Shown: positions 1 to 8,224, counted from the first letter of the stretch. The stretch: 20,000 nt of DNA from an uncultured virus (IMG/VR IMGVR_UViG_3300042867_001762) (IMGVR_UViG_3300042867_001762); one strand, 5' to 3'. Notes: generated by a model not told the origin, from the letters alone. Translations and numbers: made by a program.

Positions 1-69
1 CTCTGTTAGTATAGATATAGCTTCTTCGCTGGATCTTGCATAAGACAGCGCGACTTTGTCAAGTTTCAT
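1..69 (-). CDS. N-terminus of a hypothetical protein, truncated by the left window edge (MKLDKVALSYARSSEEAISILTE...)
   Basis: ATG at 69-67 preceded by GGAG (minus strand ATGGAGTTGTC-ATG). The frame is open to position 1. Confidence 0.45.
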   Translation of the reverse strand, partial: MKLDKVALSYARSSEEAISILTE

Positions 70-325
70 GACAACTCCATACAGCGGCATACCCGGCTTT
101 AGAGCCGGCGCGGGTCAACTAGCAGCTGTCTAATACTTAGTACAGCTGTAATACCGGCATCAAGAGAGGTTTTAGCTCCCGGTGGGTGGTGGCGGTTCCC
201 TTGGTATCTTTTGCCCATTATTCTTCAGACGGGTAAACGCTGCAAAGCGGTTGTCTGCCGGCAATAGGCCAGCCGCTCTAGGCACAAGAAAAAGAGAGAA
301 GAAGCAAACAGCGGGGCAACCGGGA

Positions 326-692
326 CAGGATCAGGGCACACCGTCTTTAGGACTGGAGCGAGTCTAGAAAAAAGAAAATGCTAACAGGATCAGGCGAGTA
401 TGTTTTTAGGACCGCGTGAAGTTGACAAAAAGACAAAGGGCGACAGGATCAAAAGAATCTGTTTTTAGGACCGGCGCGTTTCACATAGAAACAAGTATAT
501 AGACACACACAGGTCAAACCGATACAGGATCACAGATCCCCGTCTTTAGGACGGAGCAAGGGCAGAGGATTGCAGGCAATCGGCAAACCCCTACAGGATC
601 AGCAACACCCGTCTTTAGGACCGGAACGCTGCAATCCTCTGCCTGACAGAGGGGCAACTGTATCAGGATCAGAAATCGCTGTTTTTAGGACC
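326..692. repeat. Gene-free tandem cluster of six motif copies
   Basis: Start-to-start distances are 59,59,81,69,70 bp. The intervening DNA is unique, A-rich, and has no RBS-supported ORF. Confidence 0.9.
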
Positions 693-801
693 GGAGCACA
701 CAACGCGCGCGCGAATAGATCGCCCGCCCCCGGTTGTCCCGTTGGCAGGTGTGTTGCAGGTTGTAGGTACCGGGGAGAGTCGCCCCTCCCCGGTAGTGGC
801 T

Positions 802-984
802 TCAATCAAGCCAAAACAAGCCTTTTTCTAACCAGCTACAGGCAGCATGCATGGCCCGTGCCCTGTCCGCTTCGAGCGGCGCAAAGCGGGCACATTGAAA
901 GGCCATCGCAATACACTCCGTCCACGTAGGCTCGACGTCAGGACGGCTAGGAGGAAGTTCCAAAAAGCGCAGCATTATTGCCAC
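802..984 (-). CDS. Possible small hypothetical protein (60 aa)
   Basis: Same strand as the array genes and downstream of paralogue 1. The RBS is weak and no motif is recognised. Confidence 0.25.
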   Translation of the reverse strand: MAIMLRFLELPPSRPDVEPTWTECIAMAFQCARFAPLEADRARAMHAACSWLEKGLFWLD

Positions 985-1053
985 CTGTGTAGGGGTAAGC
1001 TGTCATTCTAACAGGAAAGGGAGCCGGGTTATCCCGGCCCCCACCTGCCTGCC

Positions 1054-1482
1054 TCACTTCAGCTTGGCGACAGCTTCAGCGAGACGGTCAGCCAGCCGGA
1101 GAACCTCGGCACGGCTAGCCTCGGTACCAGCGGTCCCGGTACCATCCACCTTGACAGAGAGCTTATCAGCGTTCTCCCGGAGAAACGCCACTCCCTTGTC
1201 GGTCATGATGAGGTCCAGCGCAATCCCCACAAAGTGGGGAGCGTAGACCGTGACAGGAAAGCGAGCGGACACACCGTAGATGCTGATAGCACCCTTCTCG
1301 CTGGCCTTGGCGGTGTAACCACGCGCCTCGCCCTTAGTCTTGGTAGCAGCATCGGCACGGGCCTTCTCTGCTGCCAGCGCAGCCTCGGCAGCCTTGAGAC
1401 GCTCCATGAGAGCTGCCACATCCGGGCTGACAGAGGTGACGGTGTTGTTGGCGACGGGGGTTCCGACCTTGATGAGCGACAT
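1054..1482 (-). CDS. Uncharacterised protein, paralogue 1 of 3 (coiled-coil + KASEKGAISIYGVSARFPVTVY motif), 142 aa
   Basis: ATG at 1482 after GGGAGAG. The MSLIK start and body align with 2455-2898 and 5646-6158. Confidence 0.9.
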   Translation of the reverse strand: MSLIKVGTPVANNTVTSVSPDVAALMERLKAAEAALAAEKARADAATKTKGEARGYTAKASEKGAISIYGVSARFPVTVYAPHFVGIALDLIMTDKGVAFLRENADKLSVKVDGTGTAGTEASRAEVLRLADRLAEAVAKLK

Positions 1483-2063
1483 GATGCTCTCCCTGTATTT
1501 AGGCTCCACGAGATACCCGACCACCGGGTATAACGCTTCACCTTTGCGGCTATGTAGTGGGCCGCCGTTCTGCTCTACAGGATCGGCGGACCCCGACTTT
1601 AGGACCGCCGCCCCCTGTCAAGAAAAACTGCTTTCTAGCAGGTACTATCTAGCAACCTACCAAGCATCCCTATCAACGCGCGCGAGACAATAGCTATCCA
1701 GCAAGCCCGGGCGGCCTGCTAAAGATTATAAAGTTATCTCCCAGCTCTCTACCGTTAGGGAAAGCCAGAATCAGTAAAAGCACAACAGGATCACACAACA
1801 CCGTCTTTAGGACTGAAGCCGCAATCCTAATAACAGATAGAAAAGATCCTGCAAACATTGCATCAGCATTACAAAGCCACTAGGCACACCGCACCCGTCC
1901 CCGGTTGTCCCGTTGACGCAGGTTACAGGATCGGCGGACTCCGTCTTTAGGACCGCCGGCCCCTGTCAGCTATCATAAAACGCAAAAACAAAACGGATCT
2001 TTTGTCCACATAACTAATCCACCGGATACACCTCTCCCCGCCCCCGACTATAGCGTTGACGCG

Positions 2064-2166
2064 TAACAGGATCGGGAGAAGCTGTTTTTAGGACCGGCAC
2101 AATAAAAAGGGGCATAAACTTTGCAGGCAATCCCGGTCCTAAAAACGGGCTTTCCCGATCCTGTTA
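2064..2166. repeat. Back-to-back inverted pair of the motif
   Basis: TAACAGGATCGGGAGAAGCTGTTTTTAGGACCGG (2064-2097) and CCGGTCCTAAAAACGGGCTTTCCCGATCCTGTTA (2133-2166) are near reverse complements, 35 bp apart. Confidence 0.9.
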
Positions 2167-2454
2167 TTGTTCCCCGGTTTTTTCTTGCAATCGACGCACC
2201 TATCCCGCCCCCGGTTGTCCCGTTGACCCGTCTGTCAGGATCGTCGGCGTATGTTTTTAGGACCGACGACCGGACTGCCCCGCGCCGGGCAATAAAAAAA
2301 GGAATAGTTCGCCCGCCCCGGTTTGTCACCAGAGTACGTCCTACAGGATCAGGCGAGTATGTTTTTAGGGCCGGTGGCGAACCCGGCGGGTCCGGCCGGG
2401 CGCCGGTCGCCGGAAAAGGGGCAGGCGGGTCGCCCCGCCCACCCCCGGCCCGCC

Positions 2455-2898
2455 TCACTTCAGGCGGGCAACCGCACCGGCCAGCCGGTCTGCGAGGCGC
2501 AGCACTTCCGCCCGGCTCGCCTCCGTCCCGGCCTGCCCGGTGCCGTCCACCTTGACAGACAACTTATCCGCGTTTTCACGCAGGAAGTTGACCCCCTTAT
2601 CCGTCATGATAAGGTCAAGGCACACCCCGACAAAGTGCGGGGCATACAGCGTGACAGGGAAGCGGGCGCTAACCCCGTAGATGGAAACCGCGCCCTTTTC
2701 CGATGCCTTCGCAGAATAACCCCGCGACTCCGCCTTGACCTTTTCAGCGGCGTCGGCGCGGGCCTTTTCCGTCGCGACCGCAGCTTCCGCCGCTGCGAGG
2801 CGGGCCATGAGCGCGGCAATGTCAGGAGACAGAGACGGCGCCGTGACGGGCGTGGCAACGGTGGCGGCGACAGGGGCGGGGAGCTTGATAAGCGACAT
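2455..2898 (-). CDS. Uncharacterised protein, paralogue 2 of 3, 147 aa
   Basis: ORF track. Strongly similar to 1054-1482 (identical LRENADKLSVKVDGTG and EASRAEVLRLADRLA). Confidence 0.9.
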   Translation of the reverse strand: MSLIKLPAPVAATVATPVTAPSLSPDIAALMARLAAAEAAVATEKARADAAEKVKAESRGYSAKASEKGAVSIYGVSARFPVTLYAPHFVGVCLDLIMTDKGVNFLRENADKLSVKVDGTGQAGTEASRAEVLRLADRLAGAVARLK

Positions 2899-3204
2899 GG
2901 CTTGTATCCTGCGTTCTAGCCTATCCGCAACCCCCGACCATCGGGCGCTGCGTCATCGGCGCTGCGTCGCGGCGTCGTCGCCGGGACACCCTACAAGATC
3001 AGGGGAAGCTGTTTTTAGGACCGGTGGCGACCGCGCTTTTCGGACAATAGGACGCCCGCCCCCGGACTCGCCGTTGGCCCTTGCAGATAAGTTTTGCAAT
3101 CTTTTAGCCCCGCATGGCACACCTCCCACGTATGCGGGACAAGATCAGAGGAGTATGTTTTTAGGCCCGGTCCGGAGTCAGGTGCCCCCCCGGCACCCCG
3201 TCCC

Positions 3205-3405
3205 CTAGCGGACGTCCGCCAGCGCCCGCAGCATCTCGGCGCGGCGGGTCAGGTACTCCCGCCCCGTCATTTCCAGATTGCAGCGTTCCGCCGCCCATCC
3301 CCGCAGCGCCCACGGGGCGCGGGCGAGCGCCGCTTCCATCCCGCCCTCGCGGGCGTTCACCGTCGCGTTGCCGTTGCCGTCAATCGCAATCTCCGTCACC
3401 TGCAT
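3205..3405 (-). CDS. Hypothetical protein, 66 aa
   Basis: GGAGG RBS 5 nt before ATG, directly downstream of the motif copy at 3429. Confidence 0.75.
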   Translation of the reverse strand: MQVTEIAIDGNGNATVNAREGGMEAALARAPWALRGWAAERCNLEMTGREYLTRRAEMLRALADVR

Positions 3406-3500
3406 GCAGCCTCCGTTGTGGCACCTATCAGGATCAAAAGTTTATGTTTTTAGGACCGGCCGGACTCGGGACCGGAGCTAGGCCCCGGTCCGTTGTCCGC

Positions 3501-3794
3501 TCACTCGTATCGCGGGCGCTGCCGGCTCTGCCATTCGGCGAGTGCTTCCGGGTCCCGCGTGCGGCGGACTTCTACATCGGTCCCGCCGAGAACCGAGAAG
3601 CGGTCATGACGCGGCGCGTAATGCGCTTCCTCGCGTTCCAGCCGCCGGGCAAACCGGCGCGCCCGGCGCGGGTTGTCAAAAGACCACGCCTTTTCTACAT
3701 TCGACCAGTCGAACCACCAGCCGCCTTCCTCATGCCCGCCAAAGTGGCGGGAGGTTGAAACGACTGCCACGAAAACCTGCTCGCTGCTGCGCAT
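3501..3794 (-). CDS. Hypothetical phage-type protein with FGGHEEGGWWFD motif, 97 aa
   Basis: GGAGGCGACG-ATG at 3794, downstream of motif 3813. It resembles YGGPEEGGWWY-type phage hypotheticals from memory (not searched). Confidence 0.8.
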   Translation of the reverse strand: MRSSEQVFVAVVSTSRHFGGHEEGGWWFDWSNVEKAWSFDNPRRARRFARRLEREEAHYAPRHDRFSVLGGTDVEVRRTRDPEALAEWQSRQRPRYE

Positions 3795-3878
3795 CGTCGC
3801 CTCCGTGTCTAACAAGATCAAAAGAATCTGTTTTTAGGACCGGCTCAGCAAAGAACCCCGCGCGTGCGGGGCCGGACC

Positions 3879-4172
3879 TCAGTCCGCGAGAAGCTGCGCC
3901 TCAAACTGGTAGGCCAGTGAGCTGCTTTGATAAGCGTAGCTGCCGACATAGCGGCGACTGACTTCCGCCTGTACCTGCGCCGCCGTCAACGGCGGGAACA
4001 CCTTGACGCCTCCGGTGTTGGCGCCCATCTCCCCCGACTTTTCAGTCAAGGCACCTAGGATGCCCCGGTCCCGGTCAACGAACACAACTTCGCCGGAAGG
4101 GCACTGCATAGCCACGATGCGTTGACCATGGGGACCATAAAGACGACCGGTGTTGAAGTGAACCTTGGACAT
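3879..4172 (-). CDS. Hypothetical protein (FNTGRLYGPHGQRI), 97 aa
   Basis: AGGAGG RBS, downstream of motif 4215. Confidence 0.8.
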   Translation of the reverse strand: MSKVHFNTGRLYGPHGQRIVAMQCPSGEVVFVDRDRGILGALTEKSGEMGANTGGVKVFPPLTAAQVQAEVSRRYVGSYAYQSSSLAYQFEAQLLAD

Positions 4173-4278
4173 AGCTGCCTCCTGCTAGTTGGTTTCGTTC
4201 CGGCTTCTGCTATACAGGATCAGAGGAGTATGTTTTTAGGACCGGTCGCGAGCCAGGTGGGGCTGGCGCCCCAGCCGG

Positions 4279-4410
4279 TCACTCGTCGTCGCGGTCCCGG
4301 CGGACTCGCCCCCGGCACGCCCGGCGTTTCGATTCCGCCTTGCGGTCGCGCATGACCCCGCCTTTACGGGTTAGGATCATCTGCAACAAGATTGCGTTTC
4401 GCGGCTTCAT
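4279..4410 (-). CDS. Small basic protein MKPRNAILLQMILTRKGGVMRDRKAESKRRACRGRVRRDRDDE (43 aa; below the ORF-track cutoff)
   Basis: Translated by hand. GAGGG RBS, followed by a GC hairpin. Overlaps the end of 4364-4555. Confidence 0.55.
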   Translation of the reverse strand: MKPRNAILLQMILTRKGGVMRDRKAESKRRACRGRVRRDRDDE

Positions 4411-4555
4411 AGGCTACCCTCGCACGGCGGCGCGTGTCCGCCAGAAAATAGTTTTTCTCGTATGAATGCACCGCATGACCGGACACCGGCGCATAGCCGG
4501 GCGGATAATGCGGCGGGGCGAACAACGCCCGGAGCGTTTGTCGGAGCCGTTCCAT
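4364..4555 (-). CDS. Hypothetical protein, 63 aa
   Basis: GGGAGG RBS immediately downstream of motif 4572. Confidence 0.55.
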   Translation of the reverse strand: MERLRQTLRALFAPPHYPPGYAPVSGHAVHSYEKNYFLADTRRRARVAYEAAKRNLVADDPNP

Positions 4556-4634
4556 CGTGCCTCCCGGCTATCAAGATCGGCCCGGTATGCTTTTAGGACC
4601 GGGAAGGAAAGGGGCAGGTGTCCGCCCCGATCCC

Positions 4635-4817
4635 CTAGTTGTGAGCGTAGCCGTGGTGAGGTGCGATACCCGCCCACACCAGTTCGGCTAGATAGCGGTT
4701 GTTGAATACGAGCACCCCGCCGGGGAGTCCGCGCACTGCCCAGTGCCCGATCTCGCCGGGCAGGAACTCCCCGGCATCAACGTGTTCCTGATCAATGCAA
4801 AAGAAAAGCTCTTTCAT
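4635..4817 (-). CDS. Hypothetical protein, 60 aa
   Basis: AGGAGG RBS. Second gene of the unit headed by motif 5052. Confidence 0.7.
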   Translation of the reverse strand: MKELFFCIDQEHVDAGEFLPGEIGHWAVRGLPGGVLVFNNRYLAELVWAGIAPHHGYAHN

Positions 4818-4835
4818 GCGCAGTCCTCCTACCCG

Positions 4836-5030
4836 CTAATCGCGGTGGTCGCGGGTCTCGTCCGCTTCGAGCATCATCGCACGGTGCTCCCATGCACGTT
4901 GCAGGGCGGCAACATAGACGGCAGTCGACGGTGCATGCTCGCTTTCCCGGCGCATCCGGGCATAGTCCGGGGGTGCACAGTCACACGCAGGGCGTTGCTT
5001 ACAAGTAGGGCAAGAAAACTTGCTTTTCAT
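4836..5030 (-). CDS. Small Cys-rich protein (CPTC...CDC), possible zinc binding, 64 aa
   Basis: GGAGG RBS, downstream of motif 5052. Confidence 0.7.
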   Translation of the reverse strand: MKSKFSCPTCKQRPACDCAPPDYARMRRESEHAPSTAVYVAALQRAWEHRAMMLEADETRDHRD

Positions 5031-5131
5031 ACCGGCCTCCGTTGTGCTTATCAGGATCAGGTAAGTATGTCTTTAGGACCGGGGCCGGAAGGAAAGGCCG
5101 GGGGATTTCTCCCCCGACCCGCCCCGGACGG

Positions 5132-5524
5132 TCACACCTTGCGGATAGCATGACCAGTCAGGACCAGCCCGATGCCGTCGGGCACCTGCACCCCGGAGAA
5201 CAGGGCGGCAGCTTCCGTCCCCCGGATGGTAAGGCCGAACCGGGTGCCCCGGCGGTCGACAAGGCCACGGCACCGGAGACAGGACAGCGCCCGCTCCACG
5301 TTGGAGACCGGGATGCCTTGCGTTTCCGCAATCTCAGCGGCAGTAGCAGCCCGACGCCCGCGCCGGGTTGCCTTGCGGCGGGCAATATCTGCGAGGATGG
5401 CCGTTTGACGCGGCCCCGGCGTGGTGGTATTCCCATAGTTAAGGCTTGACAGCTTGCCGACAAGCACGTCAGCAGCGGCACGGGAAAGAGCAAGGGTGAG
5501 GGAACGAGCAGACTGCTTGCGCAT
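5132..5524 (-). CDS. Winged helix-turn-helix DNA-binding protein, 130 aa
   Basis: TAAEIAETQGIPVSNVERALSCLRCRGLVDRRGTRFGLT matches the wHTH pattern. GGAG RBS, downstream of motif 5571. Confidence 0.75.
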   Translation of the reverse strand: MRKQSARSLTLALSRAAADVLVGKLSSLNYGNTTTPGPRQTAILADIARRKATRRGRRAATAAEIAETQGIPVSNVERALSCLRCRGLVDRRGTRFGLTIRGTEAAALFSGVQVPDGIGLVLTGHAIRKV

Positions 5525-5645
5525 CGCGTCTCCATTCGCGGCGTTTGTTTCGTCGTCGCCGCTTGTCTAACAGGATCAAAAGAATCTGTTTTTAGGACCG
5601 GCGGGGAAGGAAAGGGCCGGGCGAACCCGGCCCCCTTCCTACCGT

Positions 5646-6158
5646 TCACGCCTTGCGGGTGACCCGATCAAGCTCATCGGCAAGGCTGCGCACTGCCGAT
5701 TCCGAAGCACCCGTGCCCGCCTGGCCCGTGCCGTCGACCTTGACCGAAAGCTTCGCCGCATTCTCCCGGAGGAACGCCGACGCCTTGCCGGTCATAACCA
5801 GATCACGGATGATTCCCACGAGGTGGGGAGCGTAGAGCGTCACCGGGAACTTGGTAGAGACGCCGTAGATCGAGATAGCGCCCTTCTCCGACGCCTTCAT
5901 GCTGTATCCACGGCTACCGCCACTCGCCGCACGGGCAGCCTCGGCCGCATCGGCCCGGGCCTTCTCTGTAGCGAGCCCCGCCTCGGCCGCCGCAAGCCTC
6001 GCCATAAGAGCCGCAATGTCCGGGCTCGTGCTCGTCGCAGCGACCGGCGCCGGGAGAGGCATCGGCGCCATAGGGGCGGGCGCCGTCACACGGGGAGCGG
6101 GGAGAGCAAGGGTGTTGCCAGAGTTGCCGGTGTTGGAACCAAACTTGATGAGCGACAT
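5646..6158 (-). CDS. Uncharacterised protein, paralogue 3 of 3, with Pro/Ala-rich N-terminal extension, 170 aa
   Basis: MSLIK start at 6158, and KASEKGAISIYGVSTKFPVTLYAPH. Confidence 0.9.
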   Translation of the reverse strand: MSLIKFGSNTGNSGNTLALPAPRVTAPAPMAPMPLPAPVAATSTSPDIAALMARLAAAEAGLATEKARADAAEAARAASGGSRGYSMKASEKGAISIYGVSTKFPVTLYAPHLVGIIRDLVMTGKASAFLRENAAKLSVKVDGTGQAGTGASESAVRSLADELDRVTRKA

Positions 6159-6340
6159 TGTGCTTTCCCTTTTGTTTCTAGGGCCTAGCGTACCGCCGAC
6201 CACCGGCGCTACGTTTAACCCGTTATGTGCGGCGCATCGTATCGTTTCGTCGCCGCCGTTCTGTCTAACAGGATCAAAAGAATCTGTTTTTAGGACCGGT
6301 AGGCTCGGGTCCGGGGCTACGCGCCCCGGCCCGTCACCCG

Positions 6341-6607
6341 CTAGTCTTCGAGCGCCCGGAGAATCGCCACCGCGTTAGCGGGACGGTTGGCGCGGACCAC
6401 CGCCGCAACCCAGTGGTTGCGACCCGTCTCGCGGCCGGCGAGGTGGCACACCTGCTTGAACCAACCCACCCGGCCCCGGTTCTCCACCGGGTAAGCGACC
6501 GAGCGGTCGCCCCGGGCGATGCCCGCCGCACTGGCGAGCACGTCCAACCCGTCGTGCTGCGCGGCGAGAACGCGAACGTTGCGAGCTTCCTTCTTTGTCA
6601 GCTTCAT
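6341..6607 (-). CDS. Hypothetical protein, 88 aa
   Basis: GGAGGCCACG-ATG at 6607, downstream of motif 6626. Confidence 0.75.
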   Translation of the reverse strand: MKLTKKEARNVRVLAAQHDGLDVLASAAGIARGDRSVAYPVENRGRVGWFKQVCHLAGRETGRNHWVAAVVRANRPANAVAILRALED

Positions 6608-6702
6608 CGTGGCCTCCATGTCTAACAGGATCAAAAGAATCTGTTTTTAGGACCGGGGAGGAGAGGGGCGGAGCCGGGTGAACCCGGCCCCCGCCCGGAC
6701 GG

Positions 6703-7011
6703 TCATGCCGTCTCGGTAAGGTCAAGCTCCGAGACGAGCGCTTCGGTATCCCCGTCGCCCATGACAATCCCGTACCGGGTGCCGGCGGGCAGGCGCGTCA
6801 CCCGCAGGAAGTCGGTTGACGGGACCTCATAGTCCGCCACTTCCGGGTGGAGGTCGATGAGACGAGCCGCAAAGGCGTCGTCGTCGGCCGCCTCCACGGC
6901 CGCGACCAGTACCGGGTCACGGCGCAGGCGGGCAAGAGCGCCGGCCTCCACCCCCTCGATTTCGAGGGTGCCGTAGTCGGTAGAGAGAATAATGCCGATG
7001 ACGTTGGTCAT
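6703..7011 (-). CDS. Acidic hypothetical protein, 102 aa
   Basis: GAGGT RBS before ATG 7011, downstream of motif 7067. Confidence 0.75.
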   Translation of the reverse strand: MTNVIGIILSTDYGTLEIEGVEAGALARLRRDPVLVAAVEAADDDAFAARLIDLHPEVADYEVPSTDFLRVTRLPAGTRYGIVMGDGDTEALVSELDLTETA

Positions 7012-7117
7012 GCTAACCTCGGGCAGGGCGGGCCGGCAGGAGCGCCGGGAACCGCTGGACACCTATCAGGATCAAAAAGTTATGTTTTTAGGACCGATGA
7101 CGCCCGCAAAAAAAGAC

Positions 7118-7145
7118 AAAAAAACCCCGGCTGATTAGGCCGGGG
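7118..7145 (-). terminator. Rho-independent terminator
   Basis: CCCCGGC/GCCGGGG stem followed on the minus strand by a T7 run, just after the stop of 7168-7578. Confidence 0.8.
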
Positions 7146-7167
7146 CCGGGCGAGGCCCGCTGTGAGG

Positions 7168-7578
7168 CTAGCTCTCACTGTGACAAACACATCCCCACCC
7201 TGCGCAGGAGTGAGTATCTTCGAGCACGTCGTCCGGCAGGAACGCCCCGCGCCCGTCAAGAGCTTCCTCGACTTCATGACGGAACAGCATGCAGGCGGCC
7301 ACGTCCTCCAACGTGTAGACGTATCCGACTTGCGGGTTGCGGCCCGGCTGAAAGCGCACGGTCCCCGTGCGGAAGGGGCGCACGCCTTCAGACTCCATCC
7401 CGCCGAAAGCGGCATGGATATTTGGGAGAGCGGCCCAGAGCCGCTCGAATCCCGCACGGTCCCCACGAAACAGGAGCTTGCCGTTAACGTAGAACTCCAA
7501 CGCCCGGCCCACGTCCGACGGGAAATCGATGCCAGCGAGACGAATGTCAAGGGCGAGAGAGCGCTTTTGCGAAGCCAT
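7168..7578 (-). CDS. Hypothetical protein, 136 aa, C-terminal HSCxxxxCxCH
   Basis: GGAGG RBS, downstream of motif 7623. Confidence 0.8.
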   Translation of the reverse strand: MASQKRSLALDIRLAGIDFPSDVGRALEFYVNGKLLFRGDRAGFERLWAALPNIHAAFGGMESEGVRPFRTGTVRFQPGRNPQVGYVYTLEDVAACMLFRHEVEEALDGRGAFLPDDVLEDTHSCAGWGCVCHSES

Positions 7579-7673
7579 GCTATCCTCCGTTGTGCGGCCC
7601 GTGCCGCCGTTCCGATGTCTAACAGGATCAGAAATATCTGTTTTTAGGACCGCTGCCAGGTTCGAGACCTGGC

Positions 7674-7701
7674 AAAAGAAAAGCCCCGGCGGGGCCGGGG
7701 C
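7674..7701 (-). terminator. Rho-independent terminator
   Basis: GCCCCGGC/GCCGGGGC stem plus TTTTCTTTT on the minus strand. Confidence 0.8.
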
Positions 7702-7722
7702 GGTGGAAGGGTGGGCGGCGAA

Positions 7723-7980
7723 CTAAAATAGTTCGTCGCCGATGATAGCGAAAGCTTCCGACGCGGAAAGACAACCGGCGTCCCACTGCTCGCGGGCCTC
7801 AGCGGGCAGGCGGGCGAAAAGGCCCGCCTCCGTCATGAGCTTGGCAAGGCCGGCATCGACGCCGCACCAAGCGGCGCGGTCAGTTCCGTAGCCCGCGCGG
7901 CGCGCGGCAGCCGCATCGCGGTCGGCGCGCCGGAGCGCGACGATGTTGGATCGGGCAGTGAGGCTGTCGTTGTTGTTCAT
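7723..7980 (-). CDS. Hypothetical protein, 85 aa, apparently leaderless
   Basis: The ATG lies 6 nt after the motif (GATCTTG-ATAAGC-ATG) with no RBS. A terminator follows the stop. Confidence 0.65.
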   Translation of the reverse strand: MNNNDSLTARSNIVALRRADRDAAAARRAGYGTDRAAWCGVDAGLAKLMTEAGLFARLPAEAREQWDAGCLSASEAFAIIGDELF

Positions 7981-8059
7981 GCTTATCAAGATCAAAAGAT
8001 AATGTTTTTAGGACCGGGCAGGTTCGGGACCGGGGATGCGACTCCCCGGGCCGGGACGG

Positions 8060-8224
8060 CTAATCCTCCGTCTCGATCTCCCGGCGCTCGGAACGCCGGA
8101 CGGCCCGCGCCGTCTTGCGCTTGACGGCCGCCTTGCCCCCGCCGCCACGGGGACAACACCCCGGGCACAGGCAAAGCGCGTGCCCGAAGTTTCCAGCGAT
8201 GCGAATCCGAACCGATTGAGCCAT
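8060..8224 (-). CDS. Small Cys-rich basic protein MAQSVRIRIAGNFGHALCLCPGCCPRGGGGKAAVKRKTARAVRRSERREIETED (54 aa; not in the ORF track)
   Basis: Translated by hand. GGAGGT RBS. Fills the unit between motifs 8241 and 7987. Confidence 0.7.
   Translation of the reverse strand: MAQSVRIRIAGNFGHALCLCPGCCPRGGGGKAAVKRKTARAVRRSERREIETED

Noticed and set aside
326..692. CRISPR array
   Set aside because: The repeat has a variable 10-bp centre, spacer lengths range 30-52 bp, the same motif heads protein-coding units elsewhere, and no cas gene is in the window.
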